NCBI GenBank assembly: GCA_963695345.1
Contig: OY968769.1
Coordinates: forward strand, 1,280,001 to 1,344,000
Direction: 5' to 3'
DNA from: an uncultured Methanomassiliicoccales archaeon
Lineage (GTDB): Archaea > Thermoplasmatota > Thermoplasmata > Methanomassiliicoccales > UBA472
DNA length: 64,000 nt
A program made the translations under genes and the position numbers. Positions within the stretch are counted from its first letter, which is position 1, and the number at the start of each line of letters is the position of its first letter. Shown piece after piece: positions 1-10,091 of this stretch. The notes under the pieces were generated by a model. The model was not told the origin of the DNA. It did no database searches and worked only from the letters and a program-made list of their open reading frames with translations.

Positions 1-773
1 GAGCTTATCCCCTTGTCGCCCAGGGCATCACTGGCCAGGACGGTGTTCTCATACTCAGCGGCGAGGAGGATACCGGCGCCGATCGAGTGGCCCTGTCTTC
101 TGTCCAGGGCCAACTTGACCGGGGAATGACCCACCAGTGCCTTCCTTGCCGTGGAGGACATGCGCTCCGCGATATGATCGGGCAGCTTCTGGGTGAAGCA
201 GGTTCCGGATATCTGGCGGAATCTCCCCCGCTCCTTCAGGTCCAAAGGCAGGATGCGTTCCCCCATGGCCATTCCCACGACCATCTCTCCCCCGCCCTGG
301 GGATAGAAACCTCTGGCGGGGGTCTTGACATCGATATCATAGCCCAGGCCGCGCAGCAGTGGGAAAAAGACCTGCTCCAGATAGTCGGACGGTGGGGACA
401 TCCGCACATTGGTCCCTCCGATAACGTCGAACTCGGTCCTCGCCCTGGTCCGGGCACATGCCAACATGCACGCCTGCAGAACCAACGTGATACTGCCCGC
501 GGTGCCCACGTCGAATCGGTAATCGCCCGCCTCCACCGTGCCCGGTTCGAACGTCAGCGACGTGGACCCGGCGCTTGCCCCATCCACCTTGGCGTTGCAT
601 ATCTCCGCCACCCCCCTGACCCCGGTGAGATGTTGCGGCGCGAGCCCTGGCCTGTCTCTCCTGGCCCGTATGTTCTCGAACCTGAATGAGCGCTTGGTCA
701 ACGCCGACAGCGCCAGCGCCGTCCGGAGCATCTGGCCGCCCCCTTCCCCTTCCGAACCGTCAATCTCTATCAT
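1..773 (-). CDS. rtcA: RNA 3'-terminal phosphate cyclase (3' end outside window)
   Basis: Not in the ORF track. Minus strand from ATG 773 reads MIEIDGSEGEGGGQMLRTALALSALT...RPGLAPQH, the RtcA N-terminal signature. TAATG overlap with the upstream ATPase stop. Confidence 0.93.
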   Translation of the reverse strand, partial: MIEIDGSEGEGGGQMLRTALALSALTKRSFRFENIRARRDRPGLAPQHLTGVRGVAEICNAKVDGASAGSTSLTFEPGTVEAGDYRFDVGTAGSITLVLQACMLACARTRARTEFDVIGGTNVRMSPPSDYLEQVFFPLLRGLGYDIDVKTPARGFYPQGGGEMVVGMAMGERILPLDLKERGRFRQISGTCFTQKLPDHIAERMSSTARKALVGHSPVKLALDRRQGHSIGAGILLAAEYENTVLASDALGDKGIS

Positions 774-3526
774 TACATCACCAGAGAGCCCTTTCGCCGA
801 GACACCACCTTCCATATCTCGTTTGCCACCAACGGCGTCAGGGCCATCGGGGCCAATATGGCCCATTCTTCCCACCCCAGCGGCGTGATGCGAAGCATGC
901 TGTTCAGTCCGGGAAGATAGACAATGACGATCTGGAGCCCGAATGAGATCAATACCGCGAGGATGAGCTTCTTGTTATCCAGTATCCCGGTCTGCATAAT
1001 TGTCCTTGTCGGTGATCGGGCGGAAAAGACATAAAACAGCTGTGCCAGGACGAGGGTGCAGAACGCCACCGTGCGTGCCCTCTGGACCGCCTCTGCGTGG
1101 GAGATGCCCAGGACCATGGTGGCGTCCAGGTACTCTAATTCAAAGGAGATGAGCGCCGCCGCTGCCATAACGGCACCTATCGCAAATATCCGGTAAGCGG
1201 CGCGACGTGTTATGGGCGGCTCCTTTGGGTCGATCGGAGGTCGTTCCATGACATCCTTGGGGGTCGGATCCACCCCCAGGGCGAGGGCCGGAAGACCGTC
1301 GGTGACCAGGTTCATCCATAGGATCTGGAACGGTAATAGGAACGGCAGCATCAAGGGGTCCAGGTAGATCAGGCTGGCGGCGAACATGGCGATGACCTCG
1401 GCGCTGTTGCAGGTCAGCAGGAAGTTCACGAACTTCCGGATATTCCCATAGACCCCTCGGCCCTCCTCGACCGCGTCGACTATCGAGGCGAAATTGTCGT
1501 CCACTAGTATCATCTGGGCGGATTCCTTGGCGACATCCGTTCCGGTGATCCCCATGGCGATGCCGATGTCGGCCTTCTTCAGGGCAGGAGCGTCGTTCAC
1601 GCCGTCCCCGGTCATGGCCACGACCTCGCCGTTCTTCTGGAGCGCCTCTACTATGCGCACCTTATGCTCCGGCGATACCCTGGCGAAGACGGATGCGTCG
1701 TGCACCCTCTCCGAGAGCTCCGCGTCGCCCATTACCTCCAATTCCGTTCCGGTGACCACAACGGCCTCATCGCAACTTCGCAAGCACATGTCCTTGGCGA
1801 TGGATGCGGCCGTTAGCGCATGGTCCCCGGTGATCATGATGACCTTGATGCCAGCCGTACGGCAGCGGGCCAATGCATCCACCGCCTCCTTCCTCGGGGC
1901 ATCGATCATGCCGACCAGGCCGATGAACGTGAAATCATGCTCGATCTCTTCGTTCAAGGGGATGTCCGTAACATCCCGACGGGCCAACGCCAGTATCCGG
2001 AGCGCACGCGATGCCATTTCGTCGGTGTGCTCAGCGAAGTTCGCCCTTGCCTTATGGTCCAAAATAATGGCAGAGCCATTCTCCATGATCCTGGAGCATA
2101 GCGGGATGACGCTTTCAGCGGCGCCTTTCATGTAAGCGATCCGCCGTCCGCCGATATCGTGTACCGTGGTCATCCGTTTCCGGTCCGAGTCGAACTGCAC
2201 CTCGAAGATGCGTGGATTGGCGGTCCTGACCGCGTCCGGTTCAAGTCCCGCCTTCTTGGCGGTAACGATCAAAGTGCCCTCGGTCGGGTCGCCCCTGATC
2301 TTCCAACGGTCGCCCTCCCTGAAGAGCTGGGAATCGTTGCACAGCGCTCCCGCGATCAAAAGCTCGAGGAGGTGGGGGTCTCCATCGGGCTGAATTTTCT
2401 CACCCGAGGACGAAAAAACGCCTACCGGCGCATATCCATCTCCAGAAACCTCGATCTCTTTCCCGGCGAACATCTCCGTGACGTTCATCTCTCCTTTGGT
2501 CAATGTGCCGGTCTTGTCCGTGCATATTACCGTGGTGCTTCCCAGCGACTCGACCGCCGGCAGGCGGCGCATCAGCGCCTGCTTCTTTGCCATGCGCTGC
2601 AGGCCCAGGGCCAGCGAGATGGTCACGATGGCCGGGAGACCTTCAGGGATAGCCGCCACTGCGAGGCTGACCGCGGTCAGGAACATCTCCTCGATAGCGA
2701 CCCCCTGCAGTATTCCGATGACGAAGATGAATACGCAGGCTCCGACGATCCCGACCCCTATCTGTTTTCCCATACGCTCCAATTTCTTCTGCAGAGGGCT
2801 TTCCTCATCCTCTCCCTGGACCATGCGGGCGATCCTTCCCAGCTCGGTCCCCATGCCGGTGGATACAACCACCGCCCTCCCCCGGCCGCTCAAAACGGTG
2901 CTCCCCGCCAGAACGATATTGACACGGTCGGAGACCAGCGTGGTCTCCGGAAGGATCGAGTTCTGGTCCTTGCTCACGGGAAGGGACTCTCCGGTGAGGG
3001 CTGCCTCGTTGGTCTTCAGATTAACAGAATCTACGAGGCGCGCATCGGCGCCTATCTTGTCTCCGGTCGCGAGCTGAATGAAGTCCCCAGGGACCAGATC
3101 CTCGGAAGGAACATCGACCTCTTTCCCTTCCCTTATGACGTTCGCGTGGGGCGATGCCAGGTCACGCAGGGCTTCGATGGTCTTCTCCGCCTGGTAGGTC
3201 TGGAAAAAACCGAGGACAGCATTCACTGACACGATGACTATTATGACGATCGTGTCGAGCCAGTCTTCGACCGAGCCATTCAGGAATGCAAGCAGGCCGG
3301 AGATCATCGCAGCCACTATCAGGACGAGGACCATCAGGTCCTTGAACTGATCCAGCAGTATGCGCCACGGTGAAATCGTACGTTGTTTCACCAATTTGTT
3401 CGGTCCAAACTCGATCAGGCGTTTGGCCGCCTCCTCGTTTGATAGACCGGCGTGAGAAGTGCCCAGACTAGACATGGCATCTTCCGCGCTCTTGGAGTGG
3501 TAATCGCCGCTCAAATCATCAGCCAC
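773..3526 (-). CDS. P-type cation-transporting ATPase (type IIA, Ca2+-like)
   Basis: TGES, PEGL, DKTGTLT and GDGVNDAP motifs, multiple TM helices. Start placed at GTG 3526 (ORF is open to 3595). Confidence 0.93.
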   Translation of the reverse strand: MADDLSGDYHSKSAEDAMSSLGTSHAGLSNEEAAKRLIEFGPNKLVKQRTISPWRILLDQFKDLMVLVLIVAAMISGLLAFLNGSVEDWLDTIVIIVIVSVNAVLGFFQTYQAEKTIEALRDLASPHANVIREGKEVDVPSEDLVPGDFIQLATGDKIGADARLVDSVNLKTNEAALTGESLPVSKDQNSILPETTLVSDRVNIVLAGSTVLSGRGRAVVVSTGMGTELGRIARMVQGEDEESPLQKKLERMGKQIGVGIVGACVFIFVIGILQGVAIEEMFLTAVSLAVAAIPEGLPAIVTISLALGLQRMAKKQALMRRLPAVESLGSTTVICTDKTGTLTKGEMNVTEMFAGKEIEVSGDGYAPVGVFSSSGEKIQPDGDPHLLELLIAGALCNDSQLFREGDRWKIRGDPTEGTLIVTAKKAGLEPDAVRTANPRIFEVQFDSDRKRMTTVHDIGGRRIAYMKGAAESVIPLCSRIMENGSAIILDHKARANFAEHTDEMASRALRILALARRDVTDIPLNEEIEHDFTFIGLVGMIDAPRKEAVDALARCRTAGIKVIMITGDHALTAASIAKDMCLRSCDEAVVVTGTELEVMGDAELSERVHDASVFARVSPEHKVRIVEALQKNGEVVAMTGDGVNDAPALKKADIGIAMGITGTDVAKESAQMILVDDNFASIVDAVEEGRGVYGNIRKFVNFLLTCNSAEVIAMFAASLIYLDPLMLPFLLPFQILWMNLVTDGLPALALGVDPTPKDVMERPPIDPKEPPITRRAAYRIFAIGAVMAAAALISFELEYLDATMVLGISHAEAVQRARTVAFCTLVLAQLFYVFSARSPTRTIMQTGILDNKKLILAVLISFGLQIVIVYLPGLNSMLRITPLGWEEWAILAPMALTPLVANEIWKVVSRRKGSLVM

Positions 3527-3836
3527 CGAAATGATTGTATCCGAACATGGATGATAATTTCGGTGAAATCCGAGGCAGAAGATACAGAGAATCATCGGAT
3601 GCGTGGCTCATCAGCTCATTGTCACTAACCGCCATAAGCTGGCGCAATAATCTTTTATATCTTTCAGTCCATTGAGATGGATAGGGATGCACTAGCCTGT
3701 ACTCTGAAGGAGTTATAGGTATATCTTAGAATCAGAAATGCTGACGGGCGATGCTCTGGACAATTGCGAATCGGCATTTGACCATCGGAGCATCAGCACC
3801 CTCGTTCTATGCTCGCATCTCTGGGCTGAGAGATAG

Positions 3837-5744
3837 ATGGTCGAAACAATGGAGATAATGTTCGAGGTGGGCATGATCATGCTCGTCTCCTTCATCGGCG
3901 CCGCTCTGGCCGCCAAGGCCAAACAGAGCGTTATCATAGGCTACATCATAGCCGGCGTTCTAATCGGCCCATTCATTCATTTCGACGTCTTCGGATTCCA
4001 ATACGACGGTCTGATGAAAGACGCGAGCTTCATCTCGTATCTTTCCACTCTTGGGTTGACATTGCTGATGTTCTTTGTTGGACTGGAGTTCAGCGTCAGC
4101 AAGCTGAAGAAAACGAAATCATCGGCCTTTCTCCTGGCGCTTATCAACACCGGGGTGGATTTCTTCCTTGGCATACTCATAGGCCTTGCCCTGGGCTGGC
4201 CCATCGTGGACACGATATTCCTGGCCGGCGTCATCGCCATGGGTTCCGCGGCCATTACCGGGCATTCGCTCATGGAACTGCAGAAGATGTCCAATCCGGA
4301 GACCGAGTTCCTTCTGGGTATGGTCGTGGTGGAGGACTTCCTCTCGATGATCCTGATGACCATTGCCGGTGGGCTGCTCTTCAAGAGCGGAGACAGCAAC
4401 CCGTTGACCCTGACCACGATGGTCATTGGCGTCCTGGCCTTCTATTCCTTTTTCATATTCCTGGCGCTGGTGGTCATCCCCAGATGCGCCAGGTACTTCG
4501 AAAGGATAAAGAGCGACGAGATGTTCGTTCTTTTCGCCCTCGGTCTGGTATTCCTTTCCTCGGCGATGGCCGAGGTCTCCGGTGTTCCAGCCATCATCGG
4601 GGCTTTTTTCTTGGGCATGGTATTCGCCGAGACCAAGATATCGGACCGGTTGAAGGACCGGATCAGTCCGTTCAAGGACGCATTGGTCGCCGTGTTCTTC
4701 ATATCGTTCGGTATGCTCATCGATCCAGGGATGTTCCCGACGGTCATCTGGATAGTGATAATAGCGGTTCCCTTGGTGATCCTGGGGGATCTGTTGGTCA
4801 CCGGTGCCTTGGCCTACTTCCTGGGGTTCTCCGGCAGGTCAGCCACGTTCATGGGGGCGTCGATGTGCGGAAGGGGTGCGGAATCGGTCATGTTCGCCTC
4901 GGTCGGGTCAGGCGCCGCCGGTTTGACCAGGGCTTCACAGCTCAACCCGTTCGCCGGGACGTTCTGTTTTGCCATGAGCATCCTTACGCCTGTGATGATG
5001 AAGGCCAGCGATTCGATCTACAGAGGCCTCCGGCGAGCCGTCCCAGGCTATGCCAAGTACAGCTCCTCATTGATGAACAGAACGATGAGCAAGGTGATCC
5101 TTCCATCCTCCCTGAAGCTTTTCCACCGGGGTAGAAAAATCGAGATCCTGCTGGCGGCCTACTTCATTGCCCTTGTCGGAATAATGGTCTCCGGTAACGA
5201 ACTAGCGCTCCTGATGTTCATTGTCGCTCTCGCCGTCTCGGGTTATGTCTACTATGTCATGGAGACGGAACTCCGTTCCATCATCAAGACCATCAGCTAT
5301 GACAATCTCGGGGTCAGGACCAGGGATCCGAAGCTGATCTCCAGCTTCATCAGCCTGTTCATATGCGGAAGCCTTCTGATGATCGCCTCCACCGCTTTCG
5401 TATTCAGACTGGAATGGTACTTGTGCTTGGTCATCTTCCTGGCGTACTTCTTGGGATCCCTGGGTCTGATGAGGAGGACGCACAGGCTTACCACCGATTC
5501 AATAACACTATCCCGGATCGAGCAACAGAAAGTGGAGAGGGAAGGGTTCCATTCCCAGAAGGCGGCCAAGAAGGAACACCCGGCAATGACCAGAGACCTC
5601 AGCTCCATCGAGGTGCCTCTGCCCAGGTTCGATGACGATATGAACTGGGATCCGCCAACCAAACCAGTGGAAAGGCACTCGGTCCGTCCCGACGAGGCAC
5701 AGAGGCGGGACGATCCGGACGACAGCAAATGGAGAAGGCTCTAA
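3837..5744 (+). CDS. Cation:proton antiporter, CPA2 family, with extra C-terminal TM segments
   Basis: GYIIAGVLIGP, LMFFVGLEFS, VEDF and IGAFFLG motifs typical of KefB/NapA-like proteins. Confidence 0.88.
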   Translation: MVETMEIMFEVGMIMLVSFIGAALAAKAKQSVIIGYIIAGVLIGPFIHFDVFGFQYDGLMKDASFISYLSTLGLTLLMFFVGLEFSVSKLKKTKSSAFLLALINTGVDFFLGILIGLALGWPIVDTIFLAGVIAMGSAAITGHSLMELQKMSNPETEFLLGMVVVEDFLSMILMTIAGGLLFKSGDSNPLTLTTMVIGVLAFYSFFIFLALVVIPRCARYFERIKSDEMFVLFALGLVFLSSAMAEVSGVPAIIGAFFLGMVFAETKISDRLKDRISPFKDALVAVFFISFGMLIDPGMFPTVIWIVIIAVPLVILGDLLVTGALAYFLGFSGRSATFMGASMCGRGAESVMFASVGSGAAGLTRASQLNPFAGTFCFAMSILTPVMMKASDSIYRGLRRAVPGYAKYSSSLMNRTMSKVILPSSLKLFHRGRKIEILLAAYFIALVGIMVSGNELALLMFIVALAVSGYVYYVMETELRSIIKTISYDNLGVRTRDPKLISSFISLFICGSLLMIASTAFVFRLEWYLCLVIFLAYFLGSLGLMRRTHRLTTDSITLSRIEQQKVEREGFHSQKAAKKEHPAMTRDLSSIEVPLPRFDDDMNWDPPTKPVERHSVRPDEAQRRDDPDDSKWRRL

Positions 5745-5813
5745 ACAGTGTCCGGCCTAGTTTATATCACCGCGAGGACCATCGTTCCCAATGACCCAAT
5801 GCACGGTGTTCTG

Positions 5814-6433
5814 ATGCGCATAGGGATCATTGCTTGCGATATCTGGAGGCGCGAGATAGATGCGGTGGTCGGCGACGATCCCAGCATAGTCCACAAGGAA
5901 TACCTGGAATTCGCGCTTCATATCGATTCGGCCAAGCTCAAGGCCACGGTCATCGAGAGGGTCAACTCTCTCGAGGGCAAGGTTGATGCGGTTTTCCTCG
6001 GGTACGCCACCTGTCAGTCGTTAAAAGGGGTCAAGGATGAGCTGAAAGTGCCGACGGTCATGTTGGATGCCGACGATGACATCGGGGCGCTGTTGACCCC
6101 GCAGCGGTACGCAACAGAGAAGCGGATGGTCACAGGAACATGGTTCAACACCTCCGGTTGGGCGGAAATGGGGTTGGAAGGGTGATAAGGGAGCTCCACC
6201 TTGATTCCACAATCGAATAGGGCTATGAGCCGTTGTACTTCGTGAAGATCCTCTTCGCCGGTTGCTCTAGATGCCTGTACATCGACACCGGGGTGGGGGA
6301 GAAGGAACATTTTCAGGGTCTTTCAGAGGAATTCTCCAACCAGCTGGGCCTTCGCCATGAGTGCACAAGTTGCACTTTGGAGGCTCTCGTCAAGGCTTGG
6401 GAGGAAACCAAGGCGATCGCATCAAGGCACTAG
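5814..6433 (+). pseudogene. DUF1638-like protein interrupted by a frameshift (~6181) and an in-frame TAG (6218-6220)
   Basis: IGIIAC...LH...FLGY.TC...GW pattern. The protein continues in another frame as VIRELHLDSTIE*GYEPLYFVKILF and joins ORF 6233-6433. Confidence 0.7.
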
Positions 6434-6484
6434 TGCGAAGGGCCCTGTACTGATCACCTCGATAATGTATTTCAACGAGGGTCT

Positions 6485-7954
6485 TTACTCCTTGGGAATG
6501 TCCTCTGCCGCTATGTCACAATCCATATCTCCCTTCTTCGGGCGAAGGACGATCGCACACAGAAGGCCGACCAGGGAAAGGACAGCCCCCACGATCCAAG
6601 TGGTCACGTATCCATCCTCTGTATAGAATGGACGGCCCATGATGATCTGGGTATAGTTCGACAGAATCACGACAGCCAGGACTGGCCCCACCGCACCGCC
6701 CACCACTCGAAACAGGGTGTTCATTCCAGACGCGACACCGAACTCGCTCTGCTTGCAGGTGACCACGACGAGGTTGATCATCGACACCATGCACAGCGCC
6801 ATTCCCGCTCCCGCGATGAAGATCGAGATCACGATCCCTACCCAGTCGGTGTGCATGAGGACCAGGGTGACAAATCCGAGGGACATTATCCCCAGGCCGG
6901 CGATCAATACCTTGTCTGCCCCTACCTTCTTCGAAAGGACGCCGCCCATCGGGCCGAAGATAAGTTGAGCGATCGCTGACGGGAACATGTAGAGCCCGAT
7001 AACGAAGGTATCAGATATTCCAAAGAAACCCCCGGCCGCCTTGGGCGTCTCCAGGAAGAATGGCAGCGTCTGGAACATAAGGAACATGCAGAAGCCGATG
7101 AAGATGGCCGTAACGCTAGCATCGAGGACCCCGCGGTTCTTGAACATGGAGAGACGGACTATGGGGTCAATGGTCTTCAGCTCCAGCTTGGTGAATGTGG
7201 CGAGCATGACCAAGGCGAGCACGAACAGACCCAGGACCAGCGGGCTGGTCCAACCCCATTCCTGTCCTTGGGTGAGGCCAAGCAGCAGCGAGAACACCCC
7301 GATCCCCATTGTCGTCGCCCCTGCCATGTCCAAGGACCCTCTCTTCACCACGATCGGGTCCTTGATCAGGAATACCGTGAGAATCGCCAGGGCGAAGAAG
7401 AAAGGGACCACGACGTGGAATGCATCATACCAGTGGCCGACCGAGGTTATGTATCCCCCACCGAGCAGACCGAGGGATATTCCCACCGAGAACATGGCGC
7501 TGACCGTCCCAATGGCGGTCGGTATCTTGTCCTTGGGGAAGGTGTCCCTTATTATCCCGAAGGCCAACGGGAACATGCCCATCCCTATGCCTTGAATGCC
7601 CCTGAAGAAGATCAGAACGAAGATCGAAGTCTCTCCGAACAGGGCCTTGGATATGTCCAGCGAGAACCCGCTGCCGATCAGTCCGACGATATAGATGCAC
7701 ATGACCCACAGCATGACCTTTTTCTTGCCATACATGTCACCGAGACGGCCAGCCAGGGGAGTGGCCACGGCGCCGATCAGCAGGTAGATGGATAGAACCC
7801 AGGATATCCATTGAAAGTTGTTGAAGTCCGCGCCTATGTACGGAAGGGCCGGCACGAGCATGATCTCGATGAACATCACCATCATCGCGACCGATGCCAA
7901 TATCACGAGGATCTTCCAATTACCGTCGGATTTTTCTGGTTCCTGAGGGCTCAT
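6485..7954 (-). CDS. MFS transporter, 14-TMS DHA2-like
   Basis: Motif A GRLGDMYGKK, RGIQGIG, about 14 hydrophobic segments. Confidence 0.9.
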   Translation of the reverse strand: MSPQEPEKSDGNWKILVILASVAMMVMFIEIMLVPALPYIGADFNNFQWISWVLSIYLLIGAVATPLAGRLGDMYGKKKVMLWVMCIYIVGLIGSGFSLDISKALFGETSIFVLIFFRGIQGIGMGMFPLAFGIIRDTFPKDKIPTAIGTVSAMFSVGISLGLLGGGYITSVGHWYDAFHVVVPFFFALAILTVFLIKDPIVVKRGSLDMAGATTMGIGVFSLLLGLTQGQEWGWTSPLVLGLFVLALVMLATFTKLELKTIDPIVRLSMFKNRGVLDASVTAIFIGFCMFLMFQTLPFFLETPKAAGGFFGISDTFVIGLYMFPSAIAQLIFGPMGGVLSKKVGADKVLIAGLGIMSLGFVTLVLMHTDWVGIVISIFIAGAGMALCMVSMINLVVVTCKQSEFGVASGMNTLFRVVGGAVGPVLAVVILSNYTQIIMGRPFYTEDGYVTTWIVGAVLSLVGLLCAIVLRPKKGDMDCDIAAEDIPKE

Positions 7955-8127
7955 CAAACTCACCCGATGGATCAATCAAGGGGCAATTCAGACCCTTGCC
8001 GATTTCATCTCCGAACGCGCCTGAGCTATATAATTCGAACGAAAATAATTGTGTCCTTCATAGTCTGGAACAAGACATGGTCATGGTTCGTTGAGGTTGC
8101 TGATCGTTGAGTAACTTCCTATTTCGC

Positions 8128-8421
8128 CTAAATATCGAGGCCGAAACCATTGACGAAGGCCTCCATGCGCTGGAACTCGGACAGGAAATGTTTGCCCTTA
8201 TCGGTTATCTCGTAGACCGTCTTCTCTCTTTCCTCAGACCGCTTCAGCAAGCCGCCCTCCTCCAGGTTTTGCAGGTACTTGGTCAATCGGTCGTGGGACA
8301 GGTTGGATTTGTAAAGGATGTGGGTGGTTATCGCCTTCTCCTCATCTTGGACCGCTTTGAGGATATCGGCGAAGATGCGGCCCTTCGATCGGTATTTTGC
8401 CTTTTCCAGCTCGTCCTTCAA
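8128..8421 (-). CDS. Archaeal winged-helix transcriptional regulator
   Basis: RSK.I..DIL...T.I.Y..NLS...YL..L...GL...Y.IT.KG..FL pattern. TTG start overlaps the upstream stop. Confidence 0.85.
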   Translation of the reverse strand: MKDELEKAKYRSKGRIFADILKAVQDEEKAITTHILYKSNLSHDRLTKYLQNLEEGGLLKRSEEREKTVYEITDKGKHFLSEFQRMEAFVNGFGLDI

Positions 8422-9047
8422 GCTATCCTCCCCAGCCTATAAAGGAAGACCGCCATCAGGGCGAAACCGAACATCTGCAGTCCTCTGGCCAATAGGTACA
8501 ATGAGTAGTCGTTAGAGCCGGATTCCAATAGGATCAGGATATGCGAGATCAGCACCAATATGAAGCTGAGGGTGACCAAACCGTGGCTCCTCCAGCTCCT
8601 TCCTTTCTCTGGCCACAGCTGAGCGGATATGATGAATCCGAGGAGAAGGATGATTATCAGTTCCAGCGGCGGAGAGTTGAACAGCACCAACGGGCCCATC
8701 GGAGCCGCGGCGAACCAACCCAGCTTTCGCCAGTATGTGTAGGTCAGGACAACGTAGGCCGCGATGCTGAGTCCATAGTAAAGTGCAAAACCACTCTGCG
8801 TCAGTGCACCCAATCCCACCGCCTGGTCGAAGGTCAGATGCTGGATCTCGGCATAGGACATCACCACCCCGCTGATGATGAACGCAATGGCCAAGAACAG
8901 AAAGGCCACGAAGATCCGATATAGGCTGCTTTCCTGGACCCACCGATAGCCCCTCCGGGCGTATAGTGCCACCGCTAACGCGATGATACCGGTGGCCAAC
9001 TGTATTGTTGCATCCAAAGGCATGAACCAGCGAGGTGGAGGTAACAT
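8418..9047 (-). CDS. Multi-pass membrane protein of unknown function (about 6-7 TM)
   Basis: Alternating hydrophobic helices. 4-nt overlap with the wHTH gene. Confidence 0.75.
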   Translation of the reverse strand: MLPPPRWFMPLDATIQLATGIIALAVALYARRGYRWVQESSLYRIFVAFLFLAIAFIISGVVMSYAEIQHLTFDQAVGLGALTQSGFALYYGLSIAAYVVLTYTYWRKLGWFAAAPMGPLVLFNSPPLELIIILLLGFIISAQLWPEKGRSWRSHGLVTLSFILVLISHILILLESGSNDYSLYLLARGLQMFGFALMAVFLYRLGRIA

Positions 9048-9165
9048 GGAGCTCCGTTATGCCAGTCCTGCAAAGGATATCAAGACTATGAATGATTCGT
9101 CCATACGATGCCTTCCGATTTGGGATATAGCCATACCCCCAATTCCCTCTCAGGAGGCCTGAAAG

Positions 9166-9738
9166 ATGAACAGGACAAAGATCGGAGTTACACTGGTGGT
9201 CTGTGCGATCCTAGCCAGCGGCCTGATGGCGGTAGGATTCGTTGCTACCAACGGGATAGCCACCGATGGAAGCAGCGATGCCTCGAGCACCGACAGCGGG
9301 ACCTCTACCCAAACCCTGAACGTGACCGTATATGCCAATGTTCAGGGGCAGCTGGTCCCCATCCAGGGAGCGAATGTGACCGTATACGAGGTCACAGTGA
9401 TCGAGAACGACACGGTCGAAACGATAACGATTGAGAAGATCGCCGTGAGCACGACAGGTGTGGGCGGTGTTGTGCAGATCGTCCTGCCGGAAGGGGATTA
9501 TACCCTTGTGGCAGACTACTACGGACTGCGCAGCGTCGGCATACTGAGCAACGACACCACTGAGAACATCTCCATGGTGCTGAATGCTGGAATGCGCGGG
9601 CACGGAGGCCACTCTGCCGGTTATTCCGGCGCAGCGACCTCGAACATGACCGCGGAGAACATGCTCGCCGATACCGGCGCCGTAACGGCGTCCGGGGATG
9701 CCACATTCACCGGGCGGGGAATGCCGAGGCGCCGCTAA
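9166..9738 (+). CDS. Secreted or membrane-anchored protein with a carboxypeptidase-regulatory-like beta-sandwich
   Basis: GGAGG SD, N-terminal hydrophobic segment, PIQGANVTV...T...G...LPEGDYTL..Y.G pattern. Confidence 0.75.
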   Translation: MNRTKIGVTLVVCAILASGLMAVGFVATNGIATDGSSDASSTDSGTSTQTLNVTVYANVQGQLVPIQGANVTVYEVTVIENDTVETITIEKIAVSTTGVGGVVQIVLPEGDYTLVADYYGLRSVGILSNDTTENISMVLNAGMRGHGGHSAGYSGAATSNMTAENMLADTGAVTASGDATFTGRGMPRRR

Positions 9739-9762
9739 GCGTTAGACACAGATCAAATGGTC

Positions 9763-9790
9763 AAACCCTTTCCCCCGTTATCTTTTCCAC
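9763..9790 (+). terminator. Pyrimidine-rich terminator with AAACCCTTT motif
   Basis: AAACCCTTTCCCCCGTTATCTTTTCC starting 25 nt after the stop. Confidence 0.5.
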
Positions 9791-10027
9791 CACCGTGTTA
9801 CAATTCTTCCTGTCCCGGAACTACGCGTTCTCTCCGGCGAACAAGGTGTTATTGTGAGGTGTGGGTTCCTCGTTTTTTATCCATTTGAACTCGTAGGTGC
9901 ATGGCCATCTCAAAGTAGGAACGATACCAGCAGATAGGCGGTGGTTCTTGAACGGGGGCGCAACAGTTCGACCTGTTCCCATTGCATGCTTCCAACGATC
10001 ATCGGTTATGCTGCAGTGGTCGGGTTA

Positions 10028-10060
10028 AGAAATAAAAAAAGAAATCGGGCTTTGCGCCCT
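10028..10060 (-). terminator. Hairpin plus U-tract terminator
   Basis: Minus strand GGGC-GCAAA-GCCC followed by ATTTCTTTTTTTATTTCT. Confidence 0.65.
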
Positions 10061-10091
10061 ATTTATGGTTTAAGCTGCACCGTTCCCGCGC

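Noticed and set aside
3680-3760. Fragments resembling the c-di-AMP riboswitch (GATAGGG; CCCGTCAGC on the minus strand)
   Set aside because: The fragments lie on opposite strands and the other conserved elements are absent.
6427-6436. GCACTAGTGC palindrome shared with 11359-11370 and partly with 3688-3695
   Set aside because: This copy overlaps a stop codon between convergent genes and the three contexts are inconsistent, so a shared operator is unsupported.
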